NCBI GenBank assembly: GCA_951406725.2
Contig: OX597822.1
Location: 111,786,001 to 111,850,000, forward strand
Direction of reading: 5' to 3'
Length of the DNA: 64,000 nucleotides
DNA from: Octopus vulgaris
Lineage: Eukaryota
A model generated the notes under the pieces. The model did not search any database and had not been told where the DNA came from. It saw only the letters and a list, made by a program, of their open reading frames with translations. This document shows positions 41,706 to 54,510 of this stretch, piece after piece. Positions within the stretch are counted from its first letter, which is position 1. Each line of letters opens with the position of its first letter. The translations under genes were made by a program, and so were the position numbers.

Positions 41706-43966
41706 ATGCACATGCGTGCAAACACAATAGTATATAGTTGTGTATGTGCGCGTGCTTATATGCATGTGTATATATTATTCTCCAAAAAATATCTTGTAAA
41801 ATATAATTGAATGTCACGTATTACTTTTGTGTTTTATGGTTTTTATCGATAGAATTTAGCTGTACGTGACATAGGGTAGTATTTTAGGATTAGAATTTAT
41901 TAGTGAAATTTCATATTACTGTAGTTTGTATGGAAACTTTGAATCCTTAATTTTATGACAAAATATTGGATTGTTTTATATCTATTGTTTTTATGGTTTT
42001 TGGCATGAAGGAAGAACTCCATAGAATAATATATTCACCACCTGGACTACTACTATGATTGATTCGTAGTTTGTTAGCTATTTTATTTAATACCGTGATC
42101 AATATTCTTCATTTTCAGTCATTGAACTATGATCGAGTTAGGACATTGCCTTCAAGGCTTTATAGAAAACGCATTCTCCCCATTACTTATTCACTTTGTC
42201 CTATTTGTATACTTAGTCTTGTTTCAGCATCTGCCAATGTACAAGATATAAATCAACACAGCATTACGAATGGCCTCTGTTTTGTAACACAGGTAAATAT
42301 AATTGCTGAAACGCTTAAACAAGCAGATACACACTTACATACGCGCACATACACAAATACAGACTTGCATGTATGTCTGTTTGTGTAAATATGTTTGTCA
42401 AAATCCGCATGTGGCTGTATTCGTAGTTTCCGTATGAAAAATTTCACTCATAGTCTTGGTTAAAAAAGTATTATGGTGGAAGGCATTGACCAAATGTGAT
42501 GCAGAGGAAAGCGAACGCGGGTACACGTAGTTGTGAAGCGAACTTCTTAACCACTTGTTCATACTTGCGCCTAGAAGCACACGGGACTTAATTGTATACC
42601 TCATTCTTAACGTTTCAGCGCGCAGATAGTTAATTATAATTTGCAGTGTTCTATAGCAAGTAAAATAATTACCAGCGTAATATTATATATTCAACTATTC
42701 ATTTCCCAGTACACACCATAAACTTCCTCATTATAACACGTCAGTTATTAAAACAGATGTAATTATCATGTGATTAATACTTCACAATAATATTTTTGGC
42801 TGAATAAATATTTGTTTTTCTCAAAGAAAAATCCGTCAGTCTGCAATTAATTCCGGTTTAAAATTGCATATATTTCATTGTTAATTTATAGCTTCTATTT
42901 TTGAAATACTTTACATTTAATGAATAATTCTCATAACACGTAATTCATTGCCTATTAGCTAATAATTCGCTCTCTCCCACGTTTTCATATGCAAATCAGG
43001 TATAAAGTTTAAAACAGTTTACGCACTGCAAGAATGTGAATGTTTCTATGAAGCAGAAATGGCTGCTAGTATCGAGCCTTACATTGTTTCCACTATTTTC
43101 ACTCTTGAACTTGAAACAATACAGTAAAAGCTAATTGTTGGTGAGCTGAGCTACTCTATATTAATTATTCTGTATAAAGCTACAACATATCTTTCGTAGT
43201 AGTGTACCAACGTTTTTTTACCTGGTGGAGATGTGCAAAGCTGTACATACGCTGCTTGTTGTAATTCTGACATAAAATAGCCGACTCAGGCAATTTCATT
43301 CTTCGTAATTTAATGAACTGTAAAACAGTACAGAATGAAAACATCCATCTTGAAAATAAAACTAGGCAAATTTCAGAACAATATTTCATATTATCCTCAA
43401 TTCAAGCGAAAGCAAAATAATCAATAATAGAGGTAACCAAATAATATGCCGGAAGTGAACATGTCAGTGTATGACGTGAGAACGTGATTTGCTGCATCAA
43501 CAGAAATATTTATTAAAACAAAGAAACAAATATATTGTTTTCTAATTCGTTGTATTAAACACTGGCAACAAAATCAGTGAGATGCACAGAGTGGAGTCAT
43601 TTATAAGTATTATGGCTTCTAGAGACAGACACAAAAGGGCGATTTAAAGAGAAAGAAAAGCAAGAACTACGAAAATTTGGGAAAGATATGTCAAAGTTAA
43701 ATAGCATAGATCATCAGACAAAACTATTGCATTTAGAAAAAAGAATAAATTGCAACAGGGGAGATATTTTTTTCATTTTTTAACAAGGTAGACTAACCAT
43801 CGGTTGACAGCATGATATCGAAAATAAACTCTGTGCAAGTCACAAGGGAAAATATTACAAATAATTGTTCATTATAAGAAAAATATAAAGCAACATGGCA
43901 TGCACTCGAGACTTTAGTTATTAAACGTTGATTAAAATGATCTAATATACGTTGTCTTTGATTTGC

Positions 43967-43972
43967 AATAAC

Positions 43973-44023
<51 letters not shown>

Positions 44024-44036
44024 CATAATCATAATC

Positions 44037-44080
<44 letters not shown>
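43967..44080. repeat. (AAT)n microsatellite
   Basis: Directly visible. Confidence 0.95.
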
Positions 44081-44082
<2 letters not shown>

Positions 44083-44361
44083 ATACAGTTTCGCCATACT
44101 AATTATTCGCAGAATCATTCATTCTTATGAAATAGACCTGATCAATTTCGAGACACGACCAAATATGTCTCGACTTTTTAAGAATAATCGCCTGTCAAGT
44201 TAAAAACCTGAAGTCATGAAACAATGACTCCACAATGAGACGAAATGCGGAGTAAAAATTATTTTGGATATAAAAATGTTGATAGTTGATAGATATGTTG
44301 ATAGATATGTACTCCACCTCGTACATATCTATCTATCTATTTTTCTATCTATCTATCTAAC

Positions 44362-44449
<88 letters not shown>

Positions 44450-44539
44450 TAATCCAAACATGAAAGCACTAAAAACAACACAACAACGCGAGGACGTGGA
44501 ACAAATATAGTATTATTGGACGCTCAGGAAAGAAGGAGG

Positions 44540-44574
44540 GTTTAACGTTTCGAGCGGAGCTCTTCGTCGGAAAC
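44540..44574 (-). ncRNA. Minimal type I hammerhead motif (CCGACGA variant)
   Basis: Minus strand: GTTT-CCGACGA-A-GAGC tcc GCTC-GAAAC-GTT-AAAC; in a repeat (44446-44645) abutting (TA)n; identical motif at 50935-50969. Confidence 0.68.
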
Positions 44575-45760
44575 ATAGGACAAGGAAAGATCCAGAGAAG
44601 GGAGGACAGAGGAAAAAAATCGCCAACGGTACACACGAGGTCACATTTTGAAAGACCGGGAGGAAAAGGGTGAAGAAAGATGTTTTCAAAGACAGAAGAG
44701 TAGTTCTGTCAAAGACAGCAGAATGGTAGGAGGGAGAATATGTGTGTAAGTGTGGATATGTGCATGCGCGAAGGTCTGCGTGTGCGTATGCGTGTGTGTG
44801 TCTATGTGTGCAATGATGACACGTGTGTGTGTGTGTGTGCGTATGTGTGTGTGCGTGTGTGTATGTATGTGTGGTTGTAGCTGTAAACAAAGGGCTAGTA
44901 GTGGACTGGCTAGTTTGTAAGGCTAGTAGAATAAGGAGTGGTGTTTTTGTCCCTATTTTGTCCCTATGTATGTTTGTATGTATGTATGCATGTATGTATG
45001 ATAAATATTTAGATAGAATCGGGTACTTGAAAATATATATACCATGTAGTGTTGGATAAACGTGTGGTCATCGCCTATGATTGATGAATATCAAATATCA
45101 GATAGGATATTCCGGTTGTGTACAAAGAGAAAACAAGCCTTACGAGTGTTTAGCGCCTTGGGGCCGATCCAAAGGACATATTGATTGTACGTTGTTGGTC
45201 TACTCCAGGGTGTCCGACGTATATGTGTTTTTGTGTGTGTGTGTGTGTGTAAGCCTTGATTGTAAGATAGATTATATTGAGTCCATATTTATGTATGTGA
45301 CAGGATTAAAACGCATGTGTGTAGCTGTGAAAGAATTATGCATTTAGGGTTTTGTTTTTATGTGAGCATATGTGTTTTAAAGTGTGATTTGTTGCTTGTA
45401 AATATCTGTTGTCAGTGCCAAGATATGCATAATGTCAGAAAAGGTTTCTTTCACTTGAGCAGCGAGGAAAATAAAGTTTGAGAGAAATCCAGGAAGAAGA
45501 CACATTTGGGATGTTAGACGCCATTTTAAATTAGCGTGTTAAATGTGACGAAATAATTTAATACTTTTTTTTTTCGTGTTTGAAAGGCTGACTAGAGGAT
45601 AGAAAGGCAGAGAGTGAGAAGGACAGTGCAAACGTCCAGATATGGACGTTGGATCGGTTTACTAAAATAGCCAGTAATGTATGTATGCATGAATGTAATT
45701 ATGTATGTATTATGTGCGTGTGTATATACTTTTATACAAATATTCCCACATGTATACAAT

Positions 45761-45799
<39 letters not shown>

Positions 45800-45807
45800 C
45801 TATATAT

Positions 45808-46202
45808 ACTCTTACTCTTTTACTTGTTTCAGTCATTTGACTGCGGACATGCTGGAGCACCGCCTTTAGTCGAGCAAATCAACCCCGGGACTTATTCTTT
45901 GTAAGCCCAGTACTTATTCTATCGGTCTCTTTTGCCGAACCGCTAAGTGACGGGGACCTAAACACACCAACATCGGTTGTCAAGCAATGCTAGGGGGACA
46001 AACACAGACACACAAACACACACACTTATATATATACATATATACGACAGGCTTCTTTCAGTTTCCGTCTACCAAATCCACTCACAAGGCATTGGTCGGC
46101 CCGGGGCTATAGCAGAAGACAGTTGCCCAAGATGCCACGCAGTGGGACTGAACCCGGAACCATGTGGTTGGTTAGCAAACTACTTACCACACAGCCACTC
46201 CT
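45808..46202 (-). mobile_element. SINE family A
   Basis: Full-length family A copy. Confidence 0.92.
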
Positions 46203-46288
46203 TGTACCTACATATACGAGGGGACGCTGAAAAGTTCTCGGCTTTGGCTAAACGTAAACACAGTAGAATAAGTTTTGACTTTATTGAA

Positions 46289-46708
46289 CAGGAGTGGCTG
46301 TGTGGTAAGTAGCTTCCTTACCAACCACATGGTTCCGGGTCCAGTCCCACTGCGTGGCATCTTGGGCAAGTGTCTTCTGCTATAGCCCTGGGCCGACCAA
46401 TGCCTTGTGAGTGGATTTGGTAGACTGATCCTGAAAGAAGCCTGTCGTATATATATATATATATATATATGTGGGGGGGGTTGTGTGTCTGTGTTTGTCC
46501 CCCTAGCATTGCTTGACAACCGATGCTGGTGTGTTTACGTCTCCGTCATTTAGCGGTTCGGCAAAAGAGACCGATAGAATAAGTACTGGGCTTACAAAAA
46601 GAATAAGACCCGGGGGTCGAGGTGCTCGACTAAAGGCGGTGCTCCAGCATGGCCGCAGTCAAATGACTGAAACAAGTAAAAGAGTAAAGAGTAAAAGAGT
46701 AAAAGAGT
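46289..46708 (+). mobile_element. SINE family A, inverted relative to 45808-46202
   Basis: Full-length family A copy. Confidence 0.92.
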
Positions 46709-46915
46709 ATATACCCTCACGTATTGCATTGGTCCTTCAGTTTGTTTGTTTTTTTAATCACTGTGAAGGAACTCGGAAGGTTGGGTGTCCAGCCAGGCAT
46801 TCTGCAAAACCCTTAACTCCTCATATGCAGTTCTATATTTAAGAGATGAAGAATTAAGTACATTATTTACATTATTTACATTTGACGGATATCTGTCCTC
46901 ATCTTGTTTGTTGTT

Positions 46916-46961
46916 AACGCAACGTTTCGGCTGGTATACCCTCCAGCCTTCTTCAGGTGTC
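46916..46961 (-). ncRNA. Minimal type I hammerhead motif
   Basis: Minus strand: GACAC-CTGAAGA-A-GGCTGG agggtata CCAGCC-GAAAC-GTT-GCGTT. Confidence 0.72.
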
Positions 46962-47082
46962 TTGGGGGAAATTTCAAACCCGGGTTCTCATTCCTAAAGC
47001 CACAGAGGAAAGGGAGATAGGGGGGAGAGAGAAGTGAGAGAGAGCGGAGAGAGAGAGTGTGGTGAGATATGAGGAAAAGAGG

Positions 47083-47170
47083 TGATGATGGTGGTGGATG
47101 AGGAGGTGGCTGATGATGGTGGTGGATGAGGAGGTGGCTGATGATGGTGGTGGATGAGGAGGTGGCTGAT
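47083..47170. repeat. 28-bp minisatellite x3 (TGATGATGGTGGTGGATGAGGAGGTGGC)
   Basis: Directly visible. Confidence 0.85.
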
Positions 47171-47298
47171 GTGGAGGTGGTGATGACAGGTGGTAATTGA
47201 ATTGTAAAATGTGTAATTTAAGAAGAAAAATTAAACTAATTTTTTTTATATATTACCTATCACTAAACGCATGCGCGTAAGTGCAATTCCATGAAATA

Positions 47299-47680
47299 CA
47301 GGGTATTGCAGATGAACTGGGTCCAATTTTAAGCAGTTGACCCAGTGGGTTTAACATATGAGTTTTTGATAAACCCTTGCTTGACAATCTAATCTTGCTC
47401 TTTATTTTTCAGGGAAATAGCAAACAGATTCGACAACAGAAAGACATAGAACAACAGAATCGTCCCGCCATTGTTCTTTGGCGCGCGCCGGGCACATTGC
47501 CAATAAAATTTGTTAAGCCGACTGAACTTCTAAAAGCAACGTGTGTATAACCAATTTAAAGAAGAAGGAAAGATTGATAAAAAAGAACACAAGACTCCAA
47601 GTAATTCCACGCGCAATCAAAAGTTTCTTGCTATCTTCAAACGCTCGGTTGAAGGCAACTCATCCATGACACCTCTTGCA
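47299..47680 (+). mobile_element. 5' fragment of a Tc1/mariner-superfamily (maT/DD37D-like) transposon
   Basis: TA|CAGGGT terminus; degenerate HTH region EQQNRPAIVL..VYNQFKEEGKIDKKEH..FKRSVEGN; no catalytic domain or right TIR seen. Confidence 0.6.
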
Positions 47681-50624
47681 AACACTATATTCTGTATTTT
47701 CTTTTTACTTCACTACTTCGTATTGCTTGTTTCGTCTAATGAGGCTATTAACTCCAAATCTTCAGATTTTATCATACCTGTTCTATTGCTACGGAAGCAA
47801 TATTTAACTCATTATTTTATTTCGATTAACACAGTTGTCACAATATTGGAAATAAATGTGTGCCCACAGGAATATAGATGTATCGTTACTTATTTAATAT
47901 TTTATGCTTGTTTTTTTTTTTTAATTCAGCTTATGTTTTCAGCATTTCAAACAAAAGTTGTGAAATTAGATTCAAGTGTCCTCTGTAAAAATGTTCATTT
48001 TTAATTCTAATAATGGATCAAATTAACTAAACATATATTTTCAATTAGGCTTGTTTCGTTGCACCAGATGTAAGAAATATACTGTTTGTTCTTTCGCTCT
48101 TAAATCATCCACTATAATGGAGTTCTGCGGATTAGATCAATATAGCGGAAAACAGTTTAGTTTAATCGGATATATTTAAGATAAATGCAAGGGTACGGAT
48201 CAATAAACACAATCATGTATTTCACAGATTTTCCATTCAGTTTATATATTATCCCATACCTTCCAGATGTTACACAAGGCTGGTACTTAGACGCAAGGAG
48301 ACTTACGTTAAGTCATCAGGGGATCAATAATATAATTGCATTACCTTCTTAACCTCCCCAGTATATTTCTTCTTTAAGAAGACAAGATAAACATATATTA
48401 AGTATTCGTCTGAATGACTCAGCAGTAGACGTTTAGAACTCCACATCTTCAATTTACATCAAATTTAATGCGAACCTGTTCAACTTGACTTATTTTGATA
48501 TGAAATTAAAAATGGACAATCAACGACAGCATCTGTTTATAGTAACTTTTATAACTAACATCTTTTCTACATACCGAGTTCAAATACTGCTGAGATGACA
48601 TTGCCTTTCCTCTGTCAAGGACATGTGTCGTTCTAAGAGGATATCAATATTTTTGCATAAACTGCAGAGAAGTTTATGTAAAAATTTTCAAACTAGAGTA
48701 ACACAAGTTATAATGTAGAATATGACGAATACTCTATATTAGAGTTTCAAACATACACCTACCACAAAAATTGTAACTATCTCATAGTTTTCCAATTATC
48801 ATTCTTGTACTAATAGGAAACTTGCATGATACATAAGTTATTTCAAACTGAAAAAATCAAATTCTATCAACATTCATCACCAGTTTCGATATTATAAACA
48901 AAATTGAATGTTCTTGTTTCTATATCAGTAATGTATATCGTCTTTGTATTTTTCCTTATATTAATAAATCAACGCATATATTCAAAATATATTTTTCCCA
49001 ACCAATGTATAGCAGTGTTTTATATGTTCCCATTTCAGAGGTAAGTACGTAGATAATCTAACGCACTTCATAAAATAACTATGTTATTTTGTCTGTTGAA
49101 AACCTGCCAGCATCCATTCAATTATGGTTATCACAAAACGTAAACAAAATATAAGAAATAAGAGAGCATTTATATTATCTCGAATATGTTCCCAAAGAAC
49201 AACATTAAACTTCTTGGAATGTTTTTCTCTGATGTCATACTTAATGCATGTAAACATCACTATTTTTTTTATTTTTCTTCTCCATCGATTTGGGTGCTGG
49301 CAAACCCAAATAGAGCCAGTGCGCATACAGTTTCGCCTCAGATGCTAACGAAGTATGAGAGAAGTAATTTTTTTACTAATAACTTCTCAGAAGGTCGATG
49401 TTAAAAACGGTAATTGCAGTAGGAAGACATTTTGCATGCCAAAATAAATGCCTCCAACGGTTTCCAGGAGAGGAATTCTGCCAGAAGTATTATTTGATGC
49501 CAGAGTCTTTACTTACTCAAAATATATAACACATATATTGCGAAAATTGTAAATTTCGAAAGTAAGATGCATCAGACATGGCAAAAGACGTATAAATATT
49601 CTTTGAAATTACACGACATTATTTTCACTAATAACAAGTTTCAATAGTAACAAATTAAACAAAGTCGGAAAACTTTCAAGGAAATACTTGAACGTAAAAC
49701 AATTTTTGACAGCGAAAGAGTTGCTAAGTCAATTGTTAGCGCGTGACTTAAATATAATTGTGTATGTCTAGAAATTTAATGTTATTGCACCTTAAATTGT
49801 TATTAAATTGTTATCAAATATTTAACTCCAGGACAACGCTTTTGGAGGTGACTTTGAATCTAAAACATTGCATCGGTGATCATCGTGTTGCATTGTATTA
49901 CTCCATAATCCAATATTTTTCAAGAGAACTGGCGGTCCTCACGACCGTTTGGCGGTTATTACAGGAAAATAAACAACACCGTTGGAGCTTAACTCAAACT
50001 GTCGATTGAGCAACAGAAATTACCTGATTCACGAAAAATTAAAATTAACATTACTACCAGTACACTGCAACAGCTGCTGCTACTACCTCTTCTGGTTTTG
50101 ATAGTGCTACTACTATAGCAACTTCTGCTGCTGCTGCTGTTGCTGTTGCTTTTGTTACTCCTACGACTACTCCCCCTGCCACTCTACCTCTGCCTGCTTA
50201 TCCGCGTCCCATCCTTCTTCTACTCCTCCTACAACTACCACAATTCCAACCTCCTGTGGCTGCTATTCCATCAATGTATCACTATCGCTTTGCTACACCT
50301 CATCTTCTTTCGTTCTGGTACATACGGAGTTAGAACATATGGCAAACCTTGGAAATATTTCATCTTCTCTCATGACGATCTCATTCCCATAAAATAGCAA
50401 ATATTTCTTTTACAAGACTAGATTTCCACTCCGGTTACAGAAAATGAATCAATTACAAACGTTGTTTATTTTATTTGCATAAAGCTAAAACGAATTCGTA
50501 CAAACCAGTCTGCTACATCGCTTTTAGCTGCCGACTGAAATAATTTTGCATCTTTCGCATATTTTGCACGAGGTAAATGCATGAACAACAAAATTCACTT
50601 CTCCCCTTACCTACGCGCGCGCGC

Positions 50625-50655
<31 letters not shown>

Positions 50656-50779
50656 CTTGTGTGTGAGTGAGTGCGTGTGTGTATACATAAATACATACAG
50701 GCATGCATACAGGAGATAATACATACAATATATATATACTATGCATATGTATATGTATATGTATATATATATATTTATA

Positions 50780-50838
<59 letters not shown>

Positions 50839-50841
<3 letters not shown>

Positions 50842-51039
50842 CCAAACATGAAAGCACAAAAAAAACACAACAACGCGAGGACGTGGAACAAATATAGTAT
50901 TATTGGACGCTCAGGAAAGAAGGAAAGCAGGAGGGTTTAACGTTTCGAGCGGAGCTCTTCGTCGGAAACATAGGAGAAGGAAAGATCCAGAGAAGGGAAG
51001 ACAGAGGGAAAAAATCACCAACGGTACACACGCGGTCAT

Positions 51040-51041
<2 letters not shown>
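50839..51041 (-). mobile_element. ~200-bp hammerhead-bearing repeat embedded in (TA)n
   Basis: Near-identical to 44450-44645; (TA)n on both sides. Confidence 0.75.
50935..50969 (-). ncRNA. Minimal type I hammerhead motif (CCGACGA variant)
   Basis: Identical to 44540-44574. Confidence 0.68.
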
Positions 51042-51087
<46 letters not shown>

Positions 51088-51117
51088 CGCGAGAATGAAG
51101 CAACAAGAATGGATAGG

Positions 51118-51208
51118 TTTTAGTACAATCGTTTCATACAAGGACAGGTTTTATTAAAAGTTGCAAAAATTACAGCATATAAACGTGTCCCGTACTCATC
51201 AGCTAAAA
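51118..51208 (-). ncRNA. Type I hammerhead ribozyme (minus-strand copy)
   Basis: Reverse complement of 51403-51493. Confidence 0.75.
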
Positions 51209-51402
51209 TACATGTGAGTTCTCTAGACATCCTAGTGGTTGAGGCCATACTCATGAAGTAATGTAGATAATTAAGTAACATAAACAGATTTCAAAAGTTC
51301 ATTAAAGATTTCATTTTTGAAATCTGTTTATGTTACTTAATTATCTACATTACTTCATGAGTATGGCCTCAACCACTAGGATGTCTAGAGAACTCACATG
51401 TA

Positions 51403-51493
51403 TTTTAGCTGATGAGTACGGGACACGTTTATATGCTGTAATTTTTGCAACTTTTAATAAAACCTGTCCTTGTATGAAACGATTGTACTAAAA
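51403..51493 (+). ncRNA. Type I hammerhead ribozyme with long stem-loop II
   Basis: TTTTAG-CTGATGA-[GTACGGGACACGTTT..AAACCTGTCCTTGTAT]-GAAAC-GATT-GTA-CTAAAA. Confidence 0.78.
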
Positions 51494-51640
51494 ACCTATC
51501 CATTCTTGTTGCTTCATTCTCGCTTATAATCACCCCACATTATTGTATTGTTAAAACAGTATAGTTTTTTTTGGTGCATCTAAGTTAGGTACCATATTCA
51601 AGTAAATTCATTTAAATTAACTTGAATCTTTATTGCTTTT

Positions 51641-51714
<74 letters not shown>

Positions 51715-52168
51715 TGATGCGGGAGGCAGACAAGTAGACCAATATTTATATATATATACGTACATAAATATTGGTCAGCCATTTTCCTGTTTTAGAGATG
51801 CTTTTGCTTTTTCTCGGATGACATATTTTGTTCATATATGCTACAAAAAAGACTTCATTTGTCACTGAGTCTCAAAAAGAAGAGTACGCTATGAATAATA
51901 TAATATTTACATGCAATTTCTAGCCAACCTGAGTTACGAATATTCAAGAAGTGCAATATTATGCGCATAAATCCCAGGAGTAGGTGGTTCATACGGGAGC
52001 AGACGCCAAATACTAGAAATGGTAACGATGTACGGTACTCTGTCCCTTAATTTGGAGTTAATAACCTCCTTAGGTGAAAGCAGCAAGACGAAGTAGCGAT
52101 ATAAAAAGAAAATAGAAAATAGGGTATATGTGTGGGACACTAGCTGAAGTCTAACTAAACGGTTTTAA

Positions 52169-52399
52169 GGCGGCGAGCTGGCAGAAACGTTAGCATGCCG
52201 GGCGAAATGCTTAGCAGTATTTCGTCTGCCGTTACGTTGTGAGTTCAAGTTCCGCCGAGGTCGACTTTGCCTTTCATCCTTTCGGGGTTGATAAATTAAG
52301 TACCAGTTACGCACTGGGGTCGATGTAATCGACTTAATACCTGTGTCTGTCCTTGTTTGTCCCCTCTGTGTTTAGCCCCTTGTGGGTAAGAAAGAAATA
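52169..52399 (+). mobile_element. SINE family C
   Basis: Head GGCGGCGAGCTGGCAGAA, B-box GAGTTCAAGTTCC, central CCTTTCATCCTTTCGGGG..GATAAATTAAGTACCAG block. Confidence 0.9.
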
Positions 52400-52619
52400 G
52401 GTTACCTGACAAGCAGTTAAACGTGTCACTGTTGAAGACGGGCTGTCATTGCACAGAACAAAGGCAATTGTATCGGTGATGTGTGGGCAGTACTTGAAAA
52501 CGTGTGTGTATTCAAATTTAAATAGAATTGGCGCGCGCGCGCACACGCACGCATACACACGCGCACACCCACATCCATGTATTGATACACATGCAGTACA
52601 ATGTTATACACTTAAGACA

Positions 52620-54100
52620 TAGCTAAGGTAAACGGGACCGCAACTGGCCGCCGTGAGATCGGTCGTAAGTATTGTTGGTCGACCTTATTGAAGGCTTTAA
52701 ATTGATGCAAATTGATCAGGGCCCTACACGTGCCACCTTATTTACCCACCCTGCCTATGATATATCGCATGAGGTGGAGGCTGTCGTAGATGGATCTGTT
52801 TAGTATAGCGCATGTTTGCGCAATATGAAACTCGACATCAAACGCCAACCAACCGTCTTGTTAACACCTGAGCAAAAAGTTTGAAATTTGTGTTTATAGG
52901 CGTAAAATTCTCTATTTGACACCAACCCCGTACTTTTTTGGGTCATTTCCTAGTAGTGCCACCGCACCTCGACTCGCATAACAAAAAAGTCTCCCGTTCT
53001 GCTGCCAGTTGTGGTAGATATCTGCTAAGTCGCTAAAAATGTCTGGCATATAAAAATAACGCTCGTAGGTTAGGCATTTAAGACCAGGCGATTTTCCCCT
53101 CGCATCTCCCCATGCAGCCTATCATACCATATTTCTGCGATTGTTATCCGTATTTCAGAATGTAACCCCCACCCCTGGCCTTTCCTAAGCGCCTGTACTA
53201 AGTTTCTGAGATTCCGTTCATTCTAGTCCTTTCTATCACTAATACCTTAACGAAGCCAATCGATTTTACTCTAGTTTCTCTTTTAAGGGTGAATCACCAT
53301 TTGTTGTCGACGACTGACCCCCATCAATACCAGATTAACTCATTCATTAATTCTCTGTACAATTGGCACGCTGGGAGTGGCGTGCTAAGCTTACACCAAC
53401 TGGGCCTATACTGACGAAGTCTAAGTAGACTGTGCAAATCACAAATTTGTCGTCTGTGTAACCGACGATTTTTAATAAGTGGACAATTTATATTATCCTT
53501 ATCTACTGGGCTACAGAATATTCTAAATAGATGCGACACAGATGAATCGATGCGGTTTGTCCGTGCCCATATTGGCAAATTCGGGAACTCAAGTTGCTTC
53601 CTGTCAAACAGTTGAAAACGTCTGAGTAGGCTTGCGAGGCTTTTGTATTCCTCTGTTCTGATAGCTAGCCCCCAACAAATTATATGTGCGTCCAAGATGG
53701 CCTTCCTTTTATTCATTAGCACTAAATGTTGAGAGGTTCCCTGGAAAATCTGCAGACATCTGAAGAAATCCTGCTGTCCTACCTCAGTCGGAGCATGAAC
53801 AACCACCAGTCTGAAGGTGCCCGTCTCTAGGAACACATCTAACACCACTAGCTTACGTTCTGGGTCTAGCAAGATATATCTTTATCTTGATATCCAGTGC
53901 TCTCGGAATCAACACCGAAGTTCCACCCCACCATTCCCGGTTGACATAGAGATAAGTAAAGCTCGTATCCACCGAAAAGCTCGTCTGTCGGAGAGTCTGG
54001 TTACACTGACAGCCACGATATCTAAACTTCGTGACTAGAGGATATTAAGTTTGGTGGCCCAGTTTGCAAGATGACCCAAGACCGCATGCACTTATACCAC
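52620..54100 (-). mobile_element. Degenerate L1/Tx1-clade LINE ORF2 (APE endonuclease and RT N-terminal part)
   Basis: FRLVVVHAP..QDFF (APE); GKSPGL, QTCAILNRSIYDSLHLMR, LINLHQFKAFNKVD (RT); many stops and frameshifts. Confidence 0.8.
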
Positions 54101-54510
54101 CTATGCTGATCAAGACCAAATTTGACAATGAATTAGGCGGAGGAGAGGAGAAAGCTACATTCCATAGTTTTGTGAAGGAAGAGGGAAAGGTGTTCCATCC
54201 CTCTGGTTAGATTTGAACATTTTCACAAGCAGTTCTTTGTAAAGTATTTTGTTAACATATATTGTAAAGTTTTCTAACCCATCAGTATATTTGTATTTTG
54301 TTATATGTATTTTGTGAGAGTTGTATGTTTTTTTTATATGTGTAGGCATATTGCCGGTGTGGTGATATTACTCTCTGTATGGTTGTGTATGTACTCCATT
54401 AGTGCTTTGCTGGTCGTTTTAACGGAGGTCGAGTTGATGTTTAAATTTCCTTCGTGCTGTGATTTGTGATCAAATTGTCCAGTGTGTGAATAAGGTTGTT
54501 TGTAGTAGTG

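Larger units (their letters stand above)
51089..51643. mobile_element. Penelope-like/retrozyme-type terminus as a long hairpin (~208-bp arms)
   Basis: Inverted repeat 51089-51296/51315-51523 with 18-nt spacer; ~120-bp unpaired tail, then (TA)n. Confidence 0.75.

Noticed and set aside
47083-47170. Regular 28-bp repeats, superficially CRISPR-sized
   Set aside because: Contiguous tandem units with no spacers, in a eukaryotic context
47543-48004. 153-aa ORF with hydrophobic C-terminus, possible membrane protein
   Set aside because: N-terminus is a transposase remnant; the rest reads through another repeat (also at ~52040-52130) and AT-rich DNA
53411-53440. CTGACGA followed by hairpin AGTCTA/TAGACT (similar case at ~48300-48320 on minus)
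   Set aside because: No GAAA box or stem I; chance match
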